From positions 32,001-96,000 of the IMG/VR virus record IMGVR_UViG_3300034105_003474: a stretch of 64,000 nt of DNA. One strand, 5' to 3'. The position numbers were made by a program, and so were the translations under genes. This document shows, in pieces, positions 46,406-57,037 of the stretch (position 1 is the stretch's first letter; the number at the start of each line of letters is the position of its first letter). The DNA comes from a virus. Under the pieces are notes generated by a model that saw only the letters and a list, made by a program, of their open reading frames with translations, was not told the DNA's origin and did not search any database.

Positions 46406-47697
46406 TCTGCACTCTCCTCAACAGCAAGCATTGACCTATCAAGAATAAGAATCACATTTGGCGAAACAGGGGAGCCAGAAACATCAGCAACAAATCCGTT
46501 GGAAACTCTCAAATTCAACCTAGAACCTCTTACCCCTTTAGAGACCAAAACTCTCCCGATATCGTCATCCCCATAAAAGGATGTTATTCCCTTTTTCACT
46601 CTCTCGCGATGTCCTGTTACTTCATCTGCGAAGTCTTCGCGTTCCATCAAAAAATCTGGAGGGATAGCAACTTTTATAACTTCACCTTTTCTTAGATTCC
46701 CCTGATCGTCAAACCCACCTTCGGCATAAACCTCGGCACTTTCTCTGTCTAGTGAGAAATGTATACCGTTACCGTGAGCACCCAATCCTGCAAAATAATC
46801 ACCTTTTCTGAAACCATCTGCCAGATCTTTGGCTTCAACAATAACTTCGTCATTTTCTGTATCAACGATGCTTGCAATCCCGCGATACGCAATAGTCCAT
46901 CCCTTTTTTTCTAGACTTGCCATTTCCAAAGATGAAACAACTTTTGGTAGACCTGTAAATCCCTGCATCTCAGCAATCATTTCCAATTGAATATCAGGCT
47001 TAACATCATTTTTTATTTTACTGAGTCTTTTGTTGTACTCTTTTCCGCCGTCTGATTTTTTGAATTCCTGAGCGTCTTTGCCAAAAAGTTTTCCCAATTG
47101 TTTTGTTATGTCTTTAGCCATTTTATTTTTACTATTCGCGATCGTGCTAGGAGCAACAGGAATATTGTCTTCTCCGTCGGGACCAGTAGTGAACCCGTCG
47201 CTATCGCCGTCAAACTCTGCTACACCACCAATAGGGCGACCTAAAGACTTGCCGGAAAACGAGCCAGTTACAAGCCCACCACCCGGCAAGGTTGCGATAC
47301 CAGAAATAGGTTTCTCGTCAAGGTTCTCCCAACCCCGTTTGGGTGCTTTGTGGTTGCAAACCGCATAATACTTTTTCCCTGCAAGAAGGATCGTTCGGAC
47401 ACCACCACAACCACGAGCCTTAGAAATAGCGACAGCATCAGCACGATTCTCGTAATATGCATCAGACTTTGTTTCTAAACGCTTTGTCCTTTGAACCATT
47501 TTGGGCAACGGCTTCTTCTTTTTGGAAGCACGAACTTTCAGGTATTCGTCTTTACCTTTTTTGATTGCTTCATATTCTTCACGCGAGGCGCAAGGCATCC
47601 AGCCTTTACCGTCTTCGTATACGCCTTGGCATCCAAGCATGCGTGCAACACGAAGAGCCTGATCGCGCGTTGTTTTATTCTTCTCGTCTTCAGACAT
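46402..47697 (-). CDS. Head-associated protein with C-terminal ADP-ribosyltransferase-like domain
   Basis: Two A..(L/R)GC.G repeats, DGDSDG loop; YRGI...G.GAHGNGIHFS...A..YA ART-like pattern. Confidence 0.55.
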   Translation of the reverse strand: MSEDEKNKTTRDQALRVARMLGCQGVYEDGKGWMPCASREEYEAIKKGKDEYLKVRASKKKKPLPKMVQRTKRLETKSDAYYENRADAVAISKARGCGGVRTILLAGKKYYAVCNHKAPKRGWENLDEKPISGIATLPGGGLVTGSFSGKSLGRPIGGVAEFDGDSDGFTTGPDGEDNIPVAPSTIANSKNKMAKDITKQLGKLFGKDAQEFKKSDGGKEYNKRLSKIKNDVKPDIQLEMIAEMQGFTGLPKVVSSLEMASLEKKGWTIAYRGIASIVDTENDEVIVEAKDLADGFRKGDYFAGLGAHGNGIHFSLDRESAEVYAEGGFDDQGNLRKGEVIKVAIPPDFLMEREDFADEVTGHRERVKKGITSFYGDDDIGRVLVSKGVRGSRLNLRVSNGFVADVSGSPVSPNVILILDRSMLAVEESAE

Positions 47698-47960
47698 TAT
47701 TCTTTTTCTTTTTTAGATATTTTTTCAACCTCTGAAGCATATTCCATAGACATCGCGTACTGATCAAATAGTTCATCTATTTTGTCCGCATTCTCTTTAT
47801 TCATCAGATATGAGACCATTGACTCAAGGTCGCCATCTTTTCCGTTTTCGTTTGCATACCCGTAGGCAATGGCAATAATTTTAGAACGTGTTTCAGGGTT
47901 CTTTACTGTCGTTAGCAGTTGATTTTTGATTGAGTTTTTTTGTTCTGTTGTGAGTTTCAT
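47697..47960 (-). CDS. Small acidic helical protein, putative immunity partner of the GNAT effector
   Basis: TAATG-coupled to the 931 aa gene. Confidence 0.5.
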   Translation of the reverse strand: MKLTTEQKNSIKNQLLTTVKNPETRSKIIAIAYGYANENGKDGDLESMVSYLMNKENADKIDELFDQYAMSMEYASEVEKISKKEKE

Positions 47961-50755
47961 TACGCCAACCTTGGTGGTTCTACTCGTATTCTAGGGCGAG
48001 CAATTTTTGCTTTCTTGGGAAGTTTCTGACCAATTTTTTGTTCAGCAAAAGATAGCGTTCCACCACCAAATCCAAGATTTGCTTTAAACCATTGTTTCAC
48101 ATATTCCATCTTTTCCCTGTCACCAGTAGGATCATCCAAAGCAAAGATTATGTCTTGATGCTGATACTGCTTACCACCTCTTGCTTGTGCAAGGATTGAT
48201 TTGATTCGCGCATATTCTGCGTCATTATTTATCAATCCGCCAGCACCAAAATCCTCATAAAATTTGAGAGGCGACTGAAGCACTTGTAGGTCTCTATCGG
48301 TCAAACCATAGTTTCTTTTGAATCCAACACGAGCCCAAACATACTGACCATCATCGGCTGCGTTCACATTTGCTTTAGTGACACCTATTTGCTTCAGATA
48401 GAGAAACGCATGTTGGTTATAAATTGTTTGAATATCAGCACCCCTATCAATTTTGCTTGTTACAAACATTGAATTTTGGCTTACGATACCCTGCGACACG
48501 CTTACGCTCCGAGACGAAGTAGCGATTTTTGCTCTTATAACTTCACCATTTGCGTTAATCTCGTCAAACTGAACCTGAACTTGAAACCCATTTTGGGGAG
48601 ACACTGTTGCCGTAGCACGGTAAAGTTTCCCGTTCTTACCTTCAATTCTTTGGTGAGAATAAGCCTGTTTCAAGTACTCTGCCTTTTGCGGAGCAGTGAG
48701 TCTTCCCCATTTTACGGGTGTCATGTCTTCATATGGTGCACCACCGTTTGGGTGCCGTTGCTTAAGATACTTAGCAAGTTTTCCTTGACGACGTTCAATC
48801 GCCTCGTTCACCTGATCATTGATCTTCTTCGCTACATCTTCTGGAAGCGGTCTAGGAATATTTGTTGCATCTGTGTTGAAAACAAAACCTTGTTTCCTTC
48901 TTTCTGATGCTTTCCGTATTTCTGGTCCTAATGCTTCTATCAACTGAATATGACCTTCATATTTTCCAATATCGGATTGCAGTTGAGCAATTTTTTTCAT
49001 TGTTTCAACACGGTTGAATTCTTTTACTTCTGGAGTATTGCCAAGAGGTGAACGCATAAGTCTGAATTCTGCGCTGAGTTGTGTTTCTAATTCCGCAAGT
49101 TTGGTTCGCGCACCTGCAACTCCACCTTGCGGTCTTACATATCCAATATATTTTCTTTTCGCTTCGGTAACTAAAGCCGATACATCAGCATTGGGATTTG
49201 CCCTCAGTAAATCTGCAACTCTTGAAAGTTCTTTTTGGAAGTTTCGTACCGCAAGTTGGCGACCTTCATTTTGGTTAAACAGTGCTTGATCGGCTGCTAA
49301 GCCAAGTTGTCCCAAAAGTTTTGGATCTCGCATTTGAAGTAATACTTCTTCAATAAGATCTTCATCTTCTTTTTTGAATTTCGCCGCTTCCATCTTGGGG
49401 GCAACATGCTTTAGTTCATCTGGCACATCCCTAACATCGCGTCTTGTCGGAGCATTGAAAGGTTCGTCAATTGGGTTTGGCACGCTTGACGGTTTCGGGG
49501 CAGGTGTTTCTCTTCTGTCGGAAGGCAGTTTATTGTGTTTCTCTACTTCTTTCCAAGCATTGATAACGTCATTGAGTTCTTCTTTTAATTCACGCACATT
49601 CATTTGTTCGTTTGCACCAGAAACAACATCAAGGGGACTCAAATCACCCCTATTCTGTGCTTGCTGTATGCGATCAAGTTGTGCTTGATGTATCAAAATA
49701 TTTCTTTTTGCAAGGTTTAGAGCGTTTGACCTTGGGTTCTGATCTGTTTGATTTATATCAGGGAAGTTAATTGGATCGTTTATTATTCTTAAACGTGCGT
49801 TCAATACATCTCTGTTGATTCGTTCAACAAAAGTTTCATCATTTAGCACATTATTCAAGTTCATGTGCCTTATTTTTTTGGGGCGAGCAGCCTCTGCCCT
49901 AACCTCTTCGGAACGAGCGGCATTGTCGCTTTCTCCGCGTGGAGCAGGTCGCGGAACTCGTCTTTGTTCTGATTCGGCATCAAGCATCGCACCAATGTCG
50001 CCTTCGGGTTTCTTTCTAGGGCGACGAGGTTTAACCACCTTTGGTTCTACAACTGGTTTTTCAACAATGTTTTGTGCTTGTTGTCTTGGTGCTTTAGGCT
50101 TGTTTGTTGCTTCAACAACTGCACGACGACGGCGACGAGCAGGTGCTTCACCAGTACGAGGTGCACCGGGTTGTTCAATCTCACGATCCATGCGTCGTTG
50201 TTCTGATTCTCTAACATTTGGCGCACGCCTTCTCTGTGGTGCACGAGGAGCAGGTGGAGTAGGGGTTAACTCTCTTGGAGTGGCAGGTGCATCAACGGAT
50301 GGTTGTCGGGTAACAACAGTTCGCCTACGGGCACCACGAGGACTTGGGGTATCGGAAACTTCTAATCTGTCTGCAACACCACGCAAACCTCGCTCTAGGC
50401 GACCTGCGCCACCGCTTTGAGGATTAAGTCTTGCAAGTATTCGTCGTTCACGACGAGCAATACGACGACCACGGCGAGCATCATCAACATTCTCTAAGCG
50501 TTGACCAATATCTGATATTTGATTAGCGATGCGTCGTGCGACACCCCAACCGCAAGACCGACCAAAGCGATCGGTTATCTGTCCGCCATACCGTGTCCCC
50601 GTTGGACAGCGCCAGCCTCCACGACGGTTGGTGCCGGGTATAGAAAGACTTGGATCCCACATGGCGCGAACAGCCTTGACTTCATAAGCAATAGTTGACG
50701 TGTTCCGTTCGCTAAGAAAAGATTTTGCCTTAAAGTCGGCGATATTCTGAAGCAT
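47960..50755 (-). CDS. Polymorphic effector: conserved RCPxG domain + Arg/Pro linker + C-terminal GNAT-like domain
   Basis: WDPSLSIPGTNRRGGWRCP...; DRGADIQTIYNQ...GV....VNAADDGQYVWARVGF. Confidence 0.7.
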   Translation of the reverse strand: MLQNIADFKAKSFLSERNTSTIAYEVKAVRAMWDPSLSIPGTNRRGGWRCPTGTRYGGQITDRFGRSCGWGVARRIANQISDIGQRLENVDDARRGRRIARRERRILARLNPQSGGAGRLERGLRGVADRLEVSDTPSPRGARRRTVVTRQPSVDAPATPRELTPTPPAPRAPQRRRAPNVRESEQRRMDREIEQPGAPRTGEAPARRRRRAVVEATNKPKAPRQQAQNIVEKPVVEPKVVKPRRPRKKPEGDIGAMLDAESEQRRVPRPAPRGESDNAARSEEVRAEAARPKKIRHMNLNNVLNDETFVERINRDVLNARLRIINDPINFPDINQTDQNPRSNALNLAKRNILIHQAQLDRIQQAQNRGDLSPLDVVSGANEQMNVRELKEELNDVINAWKEVEKHNKLPSDRRETPAPKPSSVPNPIDEPFNAPTRRDVRDVPDELKHVAPKMEAAKFKKEDEDLIEEVLLQMRDPKLLGQLGLAADQALFNQNEGRQLAVRNFQKELSRVADLLRANPNADVSALVTEAKRKYIGYVRPQGGVAGARTKLAELETQLSAEFRLMRSPLGNTPEVKEFNRVETMKKIAQLQSDIGKYEGHIQLIEALGPEIRKASERRKQGFVFNTDATNIPRPLPEDVAKKINDQVNEAIERRQGKLAKYLKQRHPNGGAPYEDMTPVKWGRLTAPQKAEYLKQAYSHQRIEGKNGKLYRATATVSPQNGFQVQVQFDEINANGEVIRAKIATSSRSVSVSQGIVSQNSMFVTSKIDRGADIQTIYNQHAFLYLKQIGVTKANVNAADDGQYVWARVGFKRNYGLTDRDLQVLQSPLKFYEDFGAGGLINNDAEYARIKSILAQARGGKQYQHQDIIFALDDPTGDREKMEYVKQWFKANLGFGGGTLSFAEQKIGQKLPKKAKIARPRIRVEPPRLA
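50492..50659 (-). repeat. 168-bp conserved module repeated at 53344-53511 and 56774-56941
   Basis: Three near-identical 56-aa blocks WDPSLSIPG...IG(E/Q)RLE. Confidence 0.9.
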
Positions 50756-50758
50756 GGT

Positions 50759-51076
50759 TTAAGCCTTAAAACTTTTTTTATTTGGAAGAGATTTAATTTG
50801 ATTTTTATACATTTCTTCAGTTACTTGCCCATCAGAACTGTATTGTGCGGACATTGAATTAAGACGGTAAAGAATATATTCCATTCCGCTTCCCTCTAAA
50901 GGGATCTCGTTTCGTGCCGACGATTCTGAAAGAATTTCAATAAGTTGATCAACAAGTTCTTTATCGGAAGCGTGTATTTCTACAAGTCCATCAATATTTT
51001 TTCCAGCGCAAGACCCATTTACCTTGTTTGTAAATGGATCCATGAATTGACCTATAAAAAACTCTTTCATGATCAC
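50759..51076 (-). CDS. Small protein, putative immunity partner of kinase 3
   Basis: Overlaps the stop of the 955 aa kinase gene. Confidence 0.5.
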   Translation of the reverse strand: MIMKEFFIGQFMDPFTNKVNGSCAGKNIDGLVEIHASDKELVDQLIEILSESSARNEIPLEGSGMEYILYRLNSMSAQYSSDGQVTEEMYKNQIKSLPNKKSFKA

Positions 51077-53940
51077 CTTTGGTTACTTGGAATTATATTG
51101 ACTATCTCATTTTCGGCGTTGCGAAGGTTTGCAAGACTTCGTACCATGCCATCATAAAGTGCTCCTGCTCGGGCTTTATTTGAGTCAGTCTTACTTACTT
51201 TCTGCAATGCGTCTGTTATGAATTGTTCACGACCGACAGCAAGTGTTTTTTCTGTTTGCACAACAACCTGTCTGTACACTTCTTGAATTCGCGCATAAGT
51301 TTCACGCCTTTGCGCGTCTGACATAGCGGGTAGTGCGGTGCGCATTGTGGCAAGAATGTCCTGATCCATTGAGAAACCCCGTTGGTAACGATCAAACAGC
51401 CCTCCGTGTGCCCTTCCAGCCCAACCCAAGTCCATCGGAACGACATGCGCTAATTTCTTGCCGTCTGGTAATTCCACTACACGACCCATACCGTTGCCTC
51501 CGTGGCGGTCGCTAACACCAAGAATATAGTTGGCTAGAACATTGGACAATCTTTCAGGAAGACCTTTATCTGGAAGAGCGTTCAGGGCTCCTTTGTTGAA
51601 ATCGTACCCACCAGCAGCACCGCCGATTACTGCCCCTTCAGGCACGTCGTTGTGTGCCAGAGGGATCATGATGTAAGGGGTTCCTTTTCGGACTGTTCCA
51701 AGAGGCTTTCGTACATCTGCTTCAAGTTTACCGTCTTGAATTGCTCCGTCTTCCAAGATCCCTACAGCAGCCAAGTAGTTCCATCCAATGAGTTCGCCGA
51801 CATTGTCGGCAGGTTTTGCAGCCTTGAAAACCCATCCCTGATTAGTCGGATTTCCATTTTCATCACGCAAAAAGTAAATTTTAGTTACACCTACAGCGCC
51901 ACCGTTGGGTTGTACTTTTTTGAAACGCTTATTTGTGTCTCGTGGGTCTGATGAAGCGTTTGCCTCTATGGCAATGTGCATGAATTTTGCTGGAACTTTT
52001 TGTATGTCTCCACCATTTTTTATATGGTCAATTGCTTTTTGTTCCGTATTAATTGTTCGGTCTTCTTCGGAAACAAACTTTCCGATAGGGGAGTTCCTTC
52101 TGTCTATCTTTAACTTACCATGAGCATTTTTTGATCTTGCAAACTTACGGAATGGTGATTTCTTTTGTCCTTGAGCCGCTGCTCTTGGTGCAGTAGGTGG
52201 TTTAGGTGTCGTTGGTGAATTGTCTTCTGTCGCTGGGAATTCCCCTGAAGGACCGCCAGCAGCAGCATAAATAAATTCTGCGAAGTTGTTGTAGTCACTT
52301 ACCGTATGGCGACCGCCATAGCCCTGTTCGTAAGAGTTCCCATCTGGTTCGCGTAGAGTAAATTTTGTTAATTTTCCATTACCGTCAAACTCTGGAGTAA
52401 GCGTGTAACCATTTCGTGTCCACATAGTTTTATCTGTGTTAAGAACCCAATTTGAATTTAAATTCAACTTTTCCAAATTGTTCAGTGGTTGATTATTAGG
52501 TGCTTGTCCCTGTTGTTGAGCAGGACGTGCTGGTCTCACAGGTCGCGCTGGTGCTGGCTCTGGAACATCATCGGCGGTTGGTTTGCGTGTAGCGCTACGA
52601 GCGGCACCTGCTGTTGTTGCCTTCTTGCGACGACCACGATTATTCCGTGGGCGACGAGCCTGTGGTGTTGGCGGTTCAAAATCTTGTGGTGCACTACGAC
52701 CGTGAGCATCTTTCCAAGCGTCACGAAGATTAGGTTTGTTGATTGCATACCATTCACGCCGTGTCAGCATTCCTGCGTTTCCACCACCTGCGCGAATCTC
52801 ACGAACACGCTTAGCGTATTCATCGTATTTTCTTAATACATACGGGCTGAAACCTTCGGTTGCACTTGCGTCTGATGCTTCGCGTGCTGTGAGTACATCA
52901 ACGTTTTCTGCTTGTGGTGCAACGCGTGGGCGTGGCTGTGGTCGTCTTTGTCCTGCTGGCGCTGGTCGGCGTGCAGGACGAGGTGTTGACGCAGGCGTTG
53001 GCGCTGTTTCAGGAATAACATCGCGTCTCCTGTTTTGTGGTCTACGAGCCGATGGTGCACCTGCTTCAGGTAGTACATCTTCGCTTCTTTCGCGACCACC
53101 ATTTCCGTTAACAACTCTGTCTAAAACACTTCCGGGTCGCAGGTCATCTGCTATGCGGTTGCCAAGTTCAGCAAAACCAGGACCGCCTCTTCGCTGTCGC
53201 GGTTTAGCACCACCTTCAAGACGATCAGCAATACCGCGCAATCCACCTTCAACGCGACCAGTCTCAGGAACTCCACCAAGCCGTCTAATCATTCGTGCGT
53301 TACGACGGTCAAGGCGACGCTTTCGTTTGTCGTCGTCTCGTTGTTCTAAGCGTTCACCGATGTCGGCGATTTGGTTGGCGATGCGACGCGCTACGCCCCA
53401 ACCGCACGAACGACCAAAACGATCGGTGATCTGTCCGCCATATCGTGTCCCTACAGGGCATCGGAAACCACCACGACGATTCGTGCCGGGAATAGAAAGA
53501 CTCGGATCCCAAATTGCTCGCACACCTTTGATTTCAAAGTTGAAAGATGATTGGGTTTGGTCAGAGATAAATGATGAAGCCTTGAAACTCAGAACATTTT
53601 GGAATTCTTCGTTTGAAAACTCAGAAAGTAAAACCTCAGATATTGAAAGAACAGGAAGGTTTTTGGTTTCTACAATTTCCGGTTTAAGGAATGCAAGGTT
53701 TGCAACCTTTTTCTCTATCGCTGATCCTGATGGGCTTGGACCTTCAATAATTTTTGATGAGTCCATTGTTTGAACTAGTTCAGGTTTTGTTATAGGTGTT
53801 TTGCCATATTCTTGACGGAGAAATGTGGCAACTTCTTTAGCGGCTTCGGTCATTGGCTTGAAGGTGGATCCTTCAGGGGTCGTTGAGACGACCATAAATG
53901 GTGTGTTGTCGCGATTTTTGATAATGAAAACTAGGTTCAT
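51073..53940 (-). CDS. Polymorphic effector with HipA/PI3-4K-like kinase domain
   Basis: Conserved module; GGAVG loop, WVFK, GELIG, SDRHGGN, PMDLG. Confidence 0.75.
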   Translation of the reverse strand: MNLVFIIKNRDNTPFMVVSTTPEGSTFKPMTEAAKEVATFLRQEYGKTPITKPELVQTMDSSKIIEGPSPSGSAIEKKVANLAFLKPEIVETKNLPVLSISEVLLSEFSNEEFQNVLSFKASSFISDQTQSSFNFEIKGVRAIWDPSLSIPGTNRRGGFRCPVGTRYGGQITDRFGRSCGWGVARRIANQIADIGERLEQRDDDKRKRRLDRRNARMIRRLGGVPETGRVEGGLRGIADRLEGGAKPRQRRGGPGFAELGNRIADDLRPGSVLDRVVNGNGGRERSEDVLPEAGAPSARRPQNRRRDVIPETAPTPASTPRPARRPAPAGQRRPQPRPRVAPQAENVDVLTAREASDASATEGFSPYVLRKYDEYAKRVREIRAGGGNAGMLTRREWYAINKPNLRDAWKDAHGRSAPQDFEPPTPQARRPRNNRGRRKKATTAGAARSATRKPTADDVPEPAPARPVRPARPAQQQGQAPNNQPLNNLEKLNLNSNWVLNTDKTMWTRNGYTLTPEFDGNGKLTKFTLREPDGNSYEQGYGGRHTVSDYNNFAEFIYAAAGGPSGEFPATEDNSPTTPKPPTAPRAAAQGQKKSPFRKFARSKNAHGKLKIDRRNSPIGKFVSEEDRTINTEQKAIDHIKNGGDIQKVPAKFMHIAIEANASSDPRDTNKRFKKVQPNGGAVGVTKIYFLRDENGNPTNQGWVFKAAKPADNVGELIGWNYLAAVGILEDGAIQDGKLEADVRKPLGTVRKGTPYIMIPLAHNDVPEGAVIGGAAGGYDFNKGALNALPDKGLPERLSNVLANYILGVSDRHGGNGMGRVVELPDGKKLAHVVPMDLGWAGRAHGGLFDRYQRGFSMDQDILATMRTALPAMSDAQRRETYARIQEVYRQVVVQTEKTLAVGREQFITDALQKVSKTDSNKARAGALYDGMVRSLANLRNAENEIVNIIPSNQR

Positions 53941-54062
53941 TGTTTACTTTCCACATTCGTGAAGATATTCAGCAAGCCATGCAAATCTTGAGGTTGCATT
54001 ATCGCTACCGTAAAATGGTATCACTAAGTGGGTGATATTAATTTTAGGTTGATGTCAATATA

Positions 54063-54359
54063 TTATTTGTTATCTAATTTTTTGTGACCCAAGGCAACTA
54101 GGAAATTATTAATTTTATCCTTATTTGAACCCTTGTACTCAAGTATTTCTGCATGACGGTATGAGTACCCATGCAACATACTCTCAAGGTCAGCCCTATC
54201 CGACGAGCCTTTCTTGACCGCCAAAAAGTGTTCATTGTCCTTTTTGTCTGAATCTTTATCCTTTGAGTAATACTTAATAATCCCTTTATCGTCCTCAACT
54301 ATGACGAGTGGATCCACCTGAACTAGTGGGTCTTTGGAGGTGATGATCGCTGCTCTCAT
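54063..54359 (-). CDS. Small protein, putative immunity partner of kinase 2
   Basis: Starts 5 nt after the stop of the 890 aa kinase gene. Confidence 0.5.
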   Translation of the reverse strand: MRAAIITSKDPLVQVDPLVIVEDDKGIIKYYSKDKDSDKKDNEHFLAVKKGSSDRADLESMLHGYSYRHAEILEYKGSNKDKINNFLVALGHKKLDNK

Positions 54360-54364
54360 GGTTC

Positions 54365-57037
54365 CTATGATCCTATAATCAAATCAGCAAGTCTGCCGGG
54401 GTCAACATCTGTTATATATTTCATTTTTCTTTGCGGTTTTACGCCAACCCTCAAAAGAGCCTGATCCCCACCCCTAGGGTTAGCGGTTCCATCCCCACCG
54501 GCTTTCAGTACATCTTCAACAACATTCATATACGGGTTTTTACGCTCTGCCTCACGGATGGACTTCTGAACCTCTTCAACGGCTAAGAGTATCTCGCGCC
54601 GACTTATTTGCCTATCTTTGAATTGCTGTCTCAATGTTGCAAGCATCTCGTTTCTTCTACCACCAACATCGTTGCCTAAAAAGCCTCGTAATCCTTCGTC
54701 GTTGCCATCATAATTTTCGTGAGCCCGCCCACCCCAGTTGACATCAAACCCAAGAGAAGGATCAATTGGGACGAACCGCTTCTTACCACTGGAGTCAGTC
54801 GCTACAAAGAAGTTCCCTCCATGGCGGTCTCTGTTGACCATGATGTAGTCCAAAAGTGTCGCTCTAACACGATCGGCAGGTTTTATTTGCGACACGGCTA
54901 CTTGATTTCTTCCGTCTGTCAGCACCCCATCAACGTAGTTCCCTGCGTGTTCATAAACAATAGCCCTACCAGCGCTGTTAGGGGCACCCGGTCCACCTTT
55001 TTGTTTCCCATCCATTCGCACACCACCGACAGGCATGCCAAGTCTACCAGCAAGATTATTGCCGATCACTTCATGAATGTCTTCGTTTTCTGCATGGGCA
55101 CCACTTTGGTATTTTAAGAAAAACTTGTTCCCAGTGATGGCGTCGGTAAACATATGCATATTGTTGGGAATGTTGCCGTTAACACCACCACCAGCATCTG
55201 ATTTAGAGAATCTTGTTGTTGCACCGTGTAGTGCTTCACCCAATAACTCATCAGGGACATCAGCCAAATCTCCACCTTTTTCTAGGTGGTCAATTGCTTG
55301 CTCCTTGGTATCCATACCTTTGTTCCCCAATGGAACGCTTTTCACATCAGGCAAACCGTCTTCACCTAATTTGTTCAGTTTTTCTGGTGCATGACCATCT
55401 TTTGCTTTTGGTGGTGAGACATCCCATCCACCTTCTGGTTCTGGTATGTCTGCTGGTCGTTGTGGTGGTTGCGCTGGTGACTGTACGCGTGGAGCGTTCT
55501 GGTCGTTGACATTATTATTTGGTACAACAACTTGATTTCGTTGCCTAAATTCAATAGCAGCATCAATTTCAGCAAGTCTTAATTCGGCAGCGGAAACTCC
55601 GTCTTTTATTTTTTCTTTTTGTCCCCACATTCGCAATAAATTATCTCTGGCTTCGTCTCTTTCTCGTTCGCTACCATTCTTTTTACTCTGCCAGTCTTCA
55701 AAGGCTCTATCAAATCCTGCTTGAGCCTCTTTGAGAAGTTCTTGATCTCTAATTTTCTTTCCCAAAACTTCTTCTTTGGACATGTTGCGCAAATTATTGT
55801 AAGCGTTCGGCTTGTATCTTTCAATTTCCCCTTCTACTGCTTTGACTAAAGCCTCGTCTCTTTGCTGGTCAAACTCCCTGCGAGGGTTTATGTCTCTTGC
55901 TGGCAGTGGCGGTGGACCTGCTCGTCGTGCAGGTGCTTCAGGTTCAGGCTGTGGCGCTCCTGCTTGTTGCCCAAATATTTGTTGGTTAACAAAATTGCCA
56001 CGAGCATTACGCTTATTGTTGTCATCGTAATACCGACCAAACCTTCTCTCTAGTTCGGCTTTTTCTTCGCCTTCAGGGAAGTCTGGTTTACGCCAATACG
56101 CATCTTCGGGTAATCCGCGAAGATCGCCAAATCGGTTAACAACATTACGGATAGAACGATCGTCCGGTATGCTCCCTCCCAACTCGTCTGCTGTTGGGTT
56201 CCATGCGGGTGGTGGTGGAATTGGTGATGATTGTTCCGCTGGTCGTTCTGGTGGTTTTGGTGCGGGTTTTCTGCGTGGCACCTTTGTCGGTACAGGTTTT
56301 GAACCGTCAACAAAATCTGCTTCAGGTTTTCTTCTAACAGTTCTTTTTGCGCCTTGTTGTGTAGCGTTTCGTCGGCGTCGTCGTGGAGCATTTGGTGCGG
56401 GTGGTTCACCTGTGCGTGGTGCGCCGGGTTGAACTATTTCTCTGTCCATTCTTCGTGCTTCTGATTCACGGAGATTTCCTCTTCTCCGAGGTGCCCGTGC
56501 TGGTTCTCTTGCTGGTTGTTCAGCATCTCCGCCAACAGGGATTCTTGGACGAGCAGGAGGTTCTATGCGTGCAGGATTTTGAACAGCGATTCGTGGACGA
56601 GCAGGAGCGCGTGGAGTAGTTACTGGTTTTCCAGTTGCTCCACCATCTAACGCGTCTGCCAAACCGCGAGCGCCACGCTCAAGTAAGCCGGGTTTATCTT
56701 GACGAGCCAAAAACCGTTGCACACGCGCATTCCGTTTTGCCAAACGAGCATTTCGTTTACGGTCGTCAACATTCTCTAGCCGTTCACCAATATCTGCTAT
56801 CTGGTTTGCGATTCTCCGAGCAACACCCCACCCGCAAGACCGTCCATAACGGTCTGTAATTTGACCGCCGTATCTTGTGCCAACAGGGCAACGCCAACCG
56901 CCACGACGATTCGTGCCCGGAATAGACAAACTTGGATCCCAAAGCGCACGAGCGCCTTTAACATCATAATTAAAAGTACTTGCAGTTTGCTCAGCGAGAA
57001 ACGCGAGCGCCTTGTAATTCACTTCATTCTTGAGCAT
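54365..57037 (-). CDS. Polymorphic effector with HipA/PI3-4K-like kinase domain
   Basis: Conserved module; GGGVNG, FLKY, HEVIG, NRDRHGGN, PIDPS. Confidence 0.78.
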   Translation of the reverse strand: MLKNEVNYKALAFLAEQTASTFNYDVKGARALWDPSLSIPGTNRRGGWRCPVGTRYGGQITDRYGRSCGWGVARRIANQIADIGERLENVDDRKRNARLAKRNARVQRFLARQDKPGLLERGARGLADALDGGATGKPVTTPRAPARPRIAVQNPARIEPPARPRIPVGGDAEQPAREPARAPRRRGNLRESEARRMDREIVQPGAPRTGEPPAPNAPRRRRRNATQQGAKRTVRRKPEADFVDGSKPVPTKVPRRKPAPKPPERPAEQSSPIPPPPAWNPTADELGGSIPDDRSIRNVVNRFGDLRGLPEDAYWRKPDFPEGEEKAELERRFGRYYDDNNKRNARGNFVNQQIFGQQAGAPQPEPEAPARRAGPPPLPARDINPRREFDQQRDEALVKAVEGEIERYKPNAYNNLRNMSKEEVLGKKIRDQELLKEAQAGFDRAFEDWQSKKNGSERERDEARDNLLRMWGQKEKIKDGVSAAELRLAEIDAAIEFRQRNQVVVPNNNVNDQNAPRVQSPAQPPQRPADIPEPEGGWDVSPPKAKDGHAPEKLNKLGEDGLPDVKSVPLGNKGMDTKEQAIDHLEKGGDLADVPDELLGEALHGATTRFSKSDAGGGVNGNIPNNMHMFTDAITGNKFFLKYQSGAHAENEDIHEVIGNNLAGRLGMPVGGVRMDGKQKGGPGAPNSAGRAIVYEHAGNYVDGVLTDGRNQVAVSQIKPADRVRATLLDYIMVNRDRHGGNFFVATDSSGKKRFVPIDPSLGFDVNWGGRAHENYDGNDEGLRGFLGNDVGGRRNEMLATLRQQFKDRQISRREILLAVEEVQKSIREAERKNPYMNVVEDVLKAGGDGTANPRGGDQALLRVGVKPQRKMKYITDVDPGRLADLIIGS

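Noticed and set aside
52736-53773. 345 aa + strand ORF (and similar at 49815-50420)
   Set aside because: Antisense shadows of Arg/Pro-rich linkers.
47960-57037. Diversity-generating retroelement explanation for the repeated module
   Set aside because: No reverse transcriptase in the window; differences are largely synonymous rather than adenine-specific, and the repeats are N-terminal.
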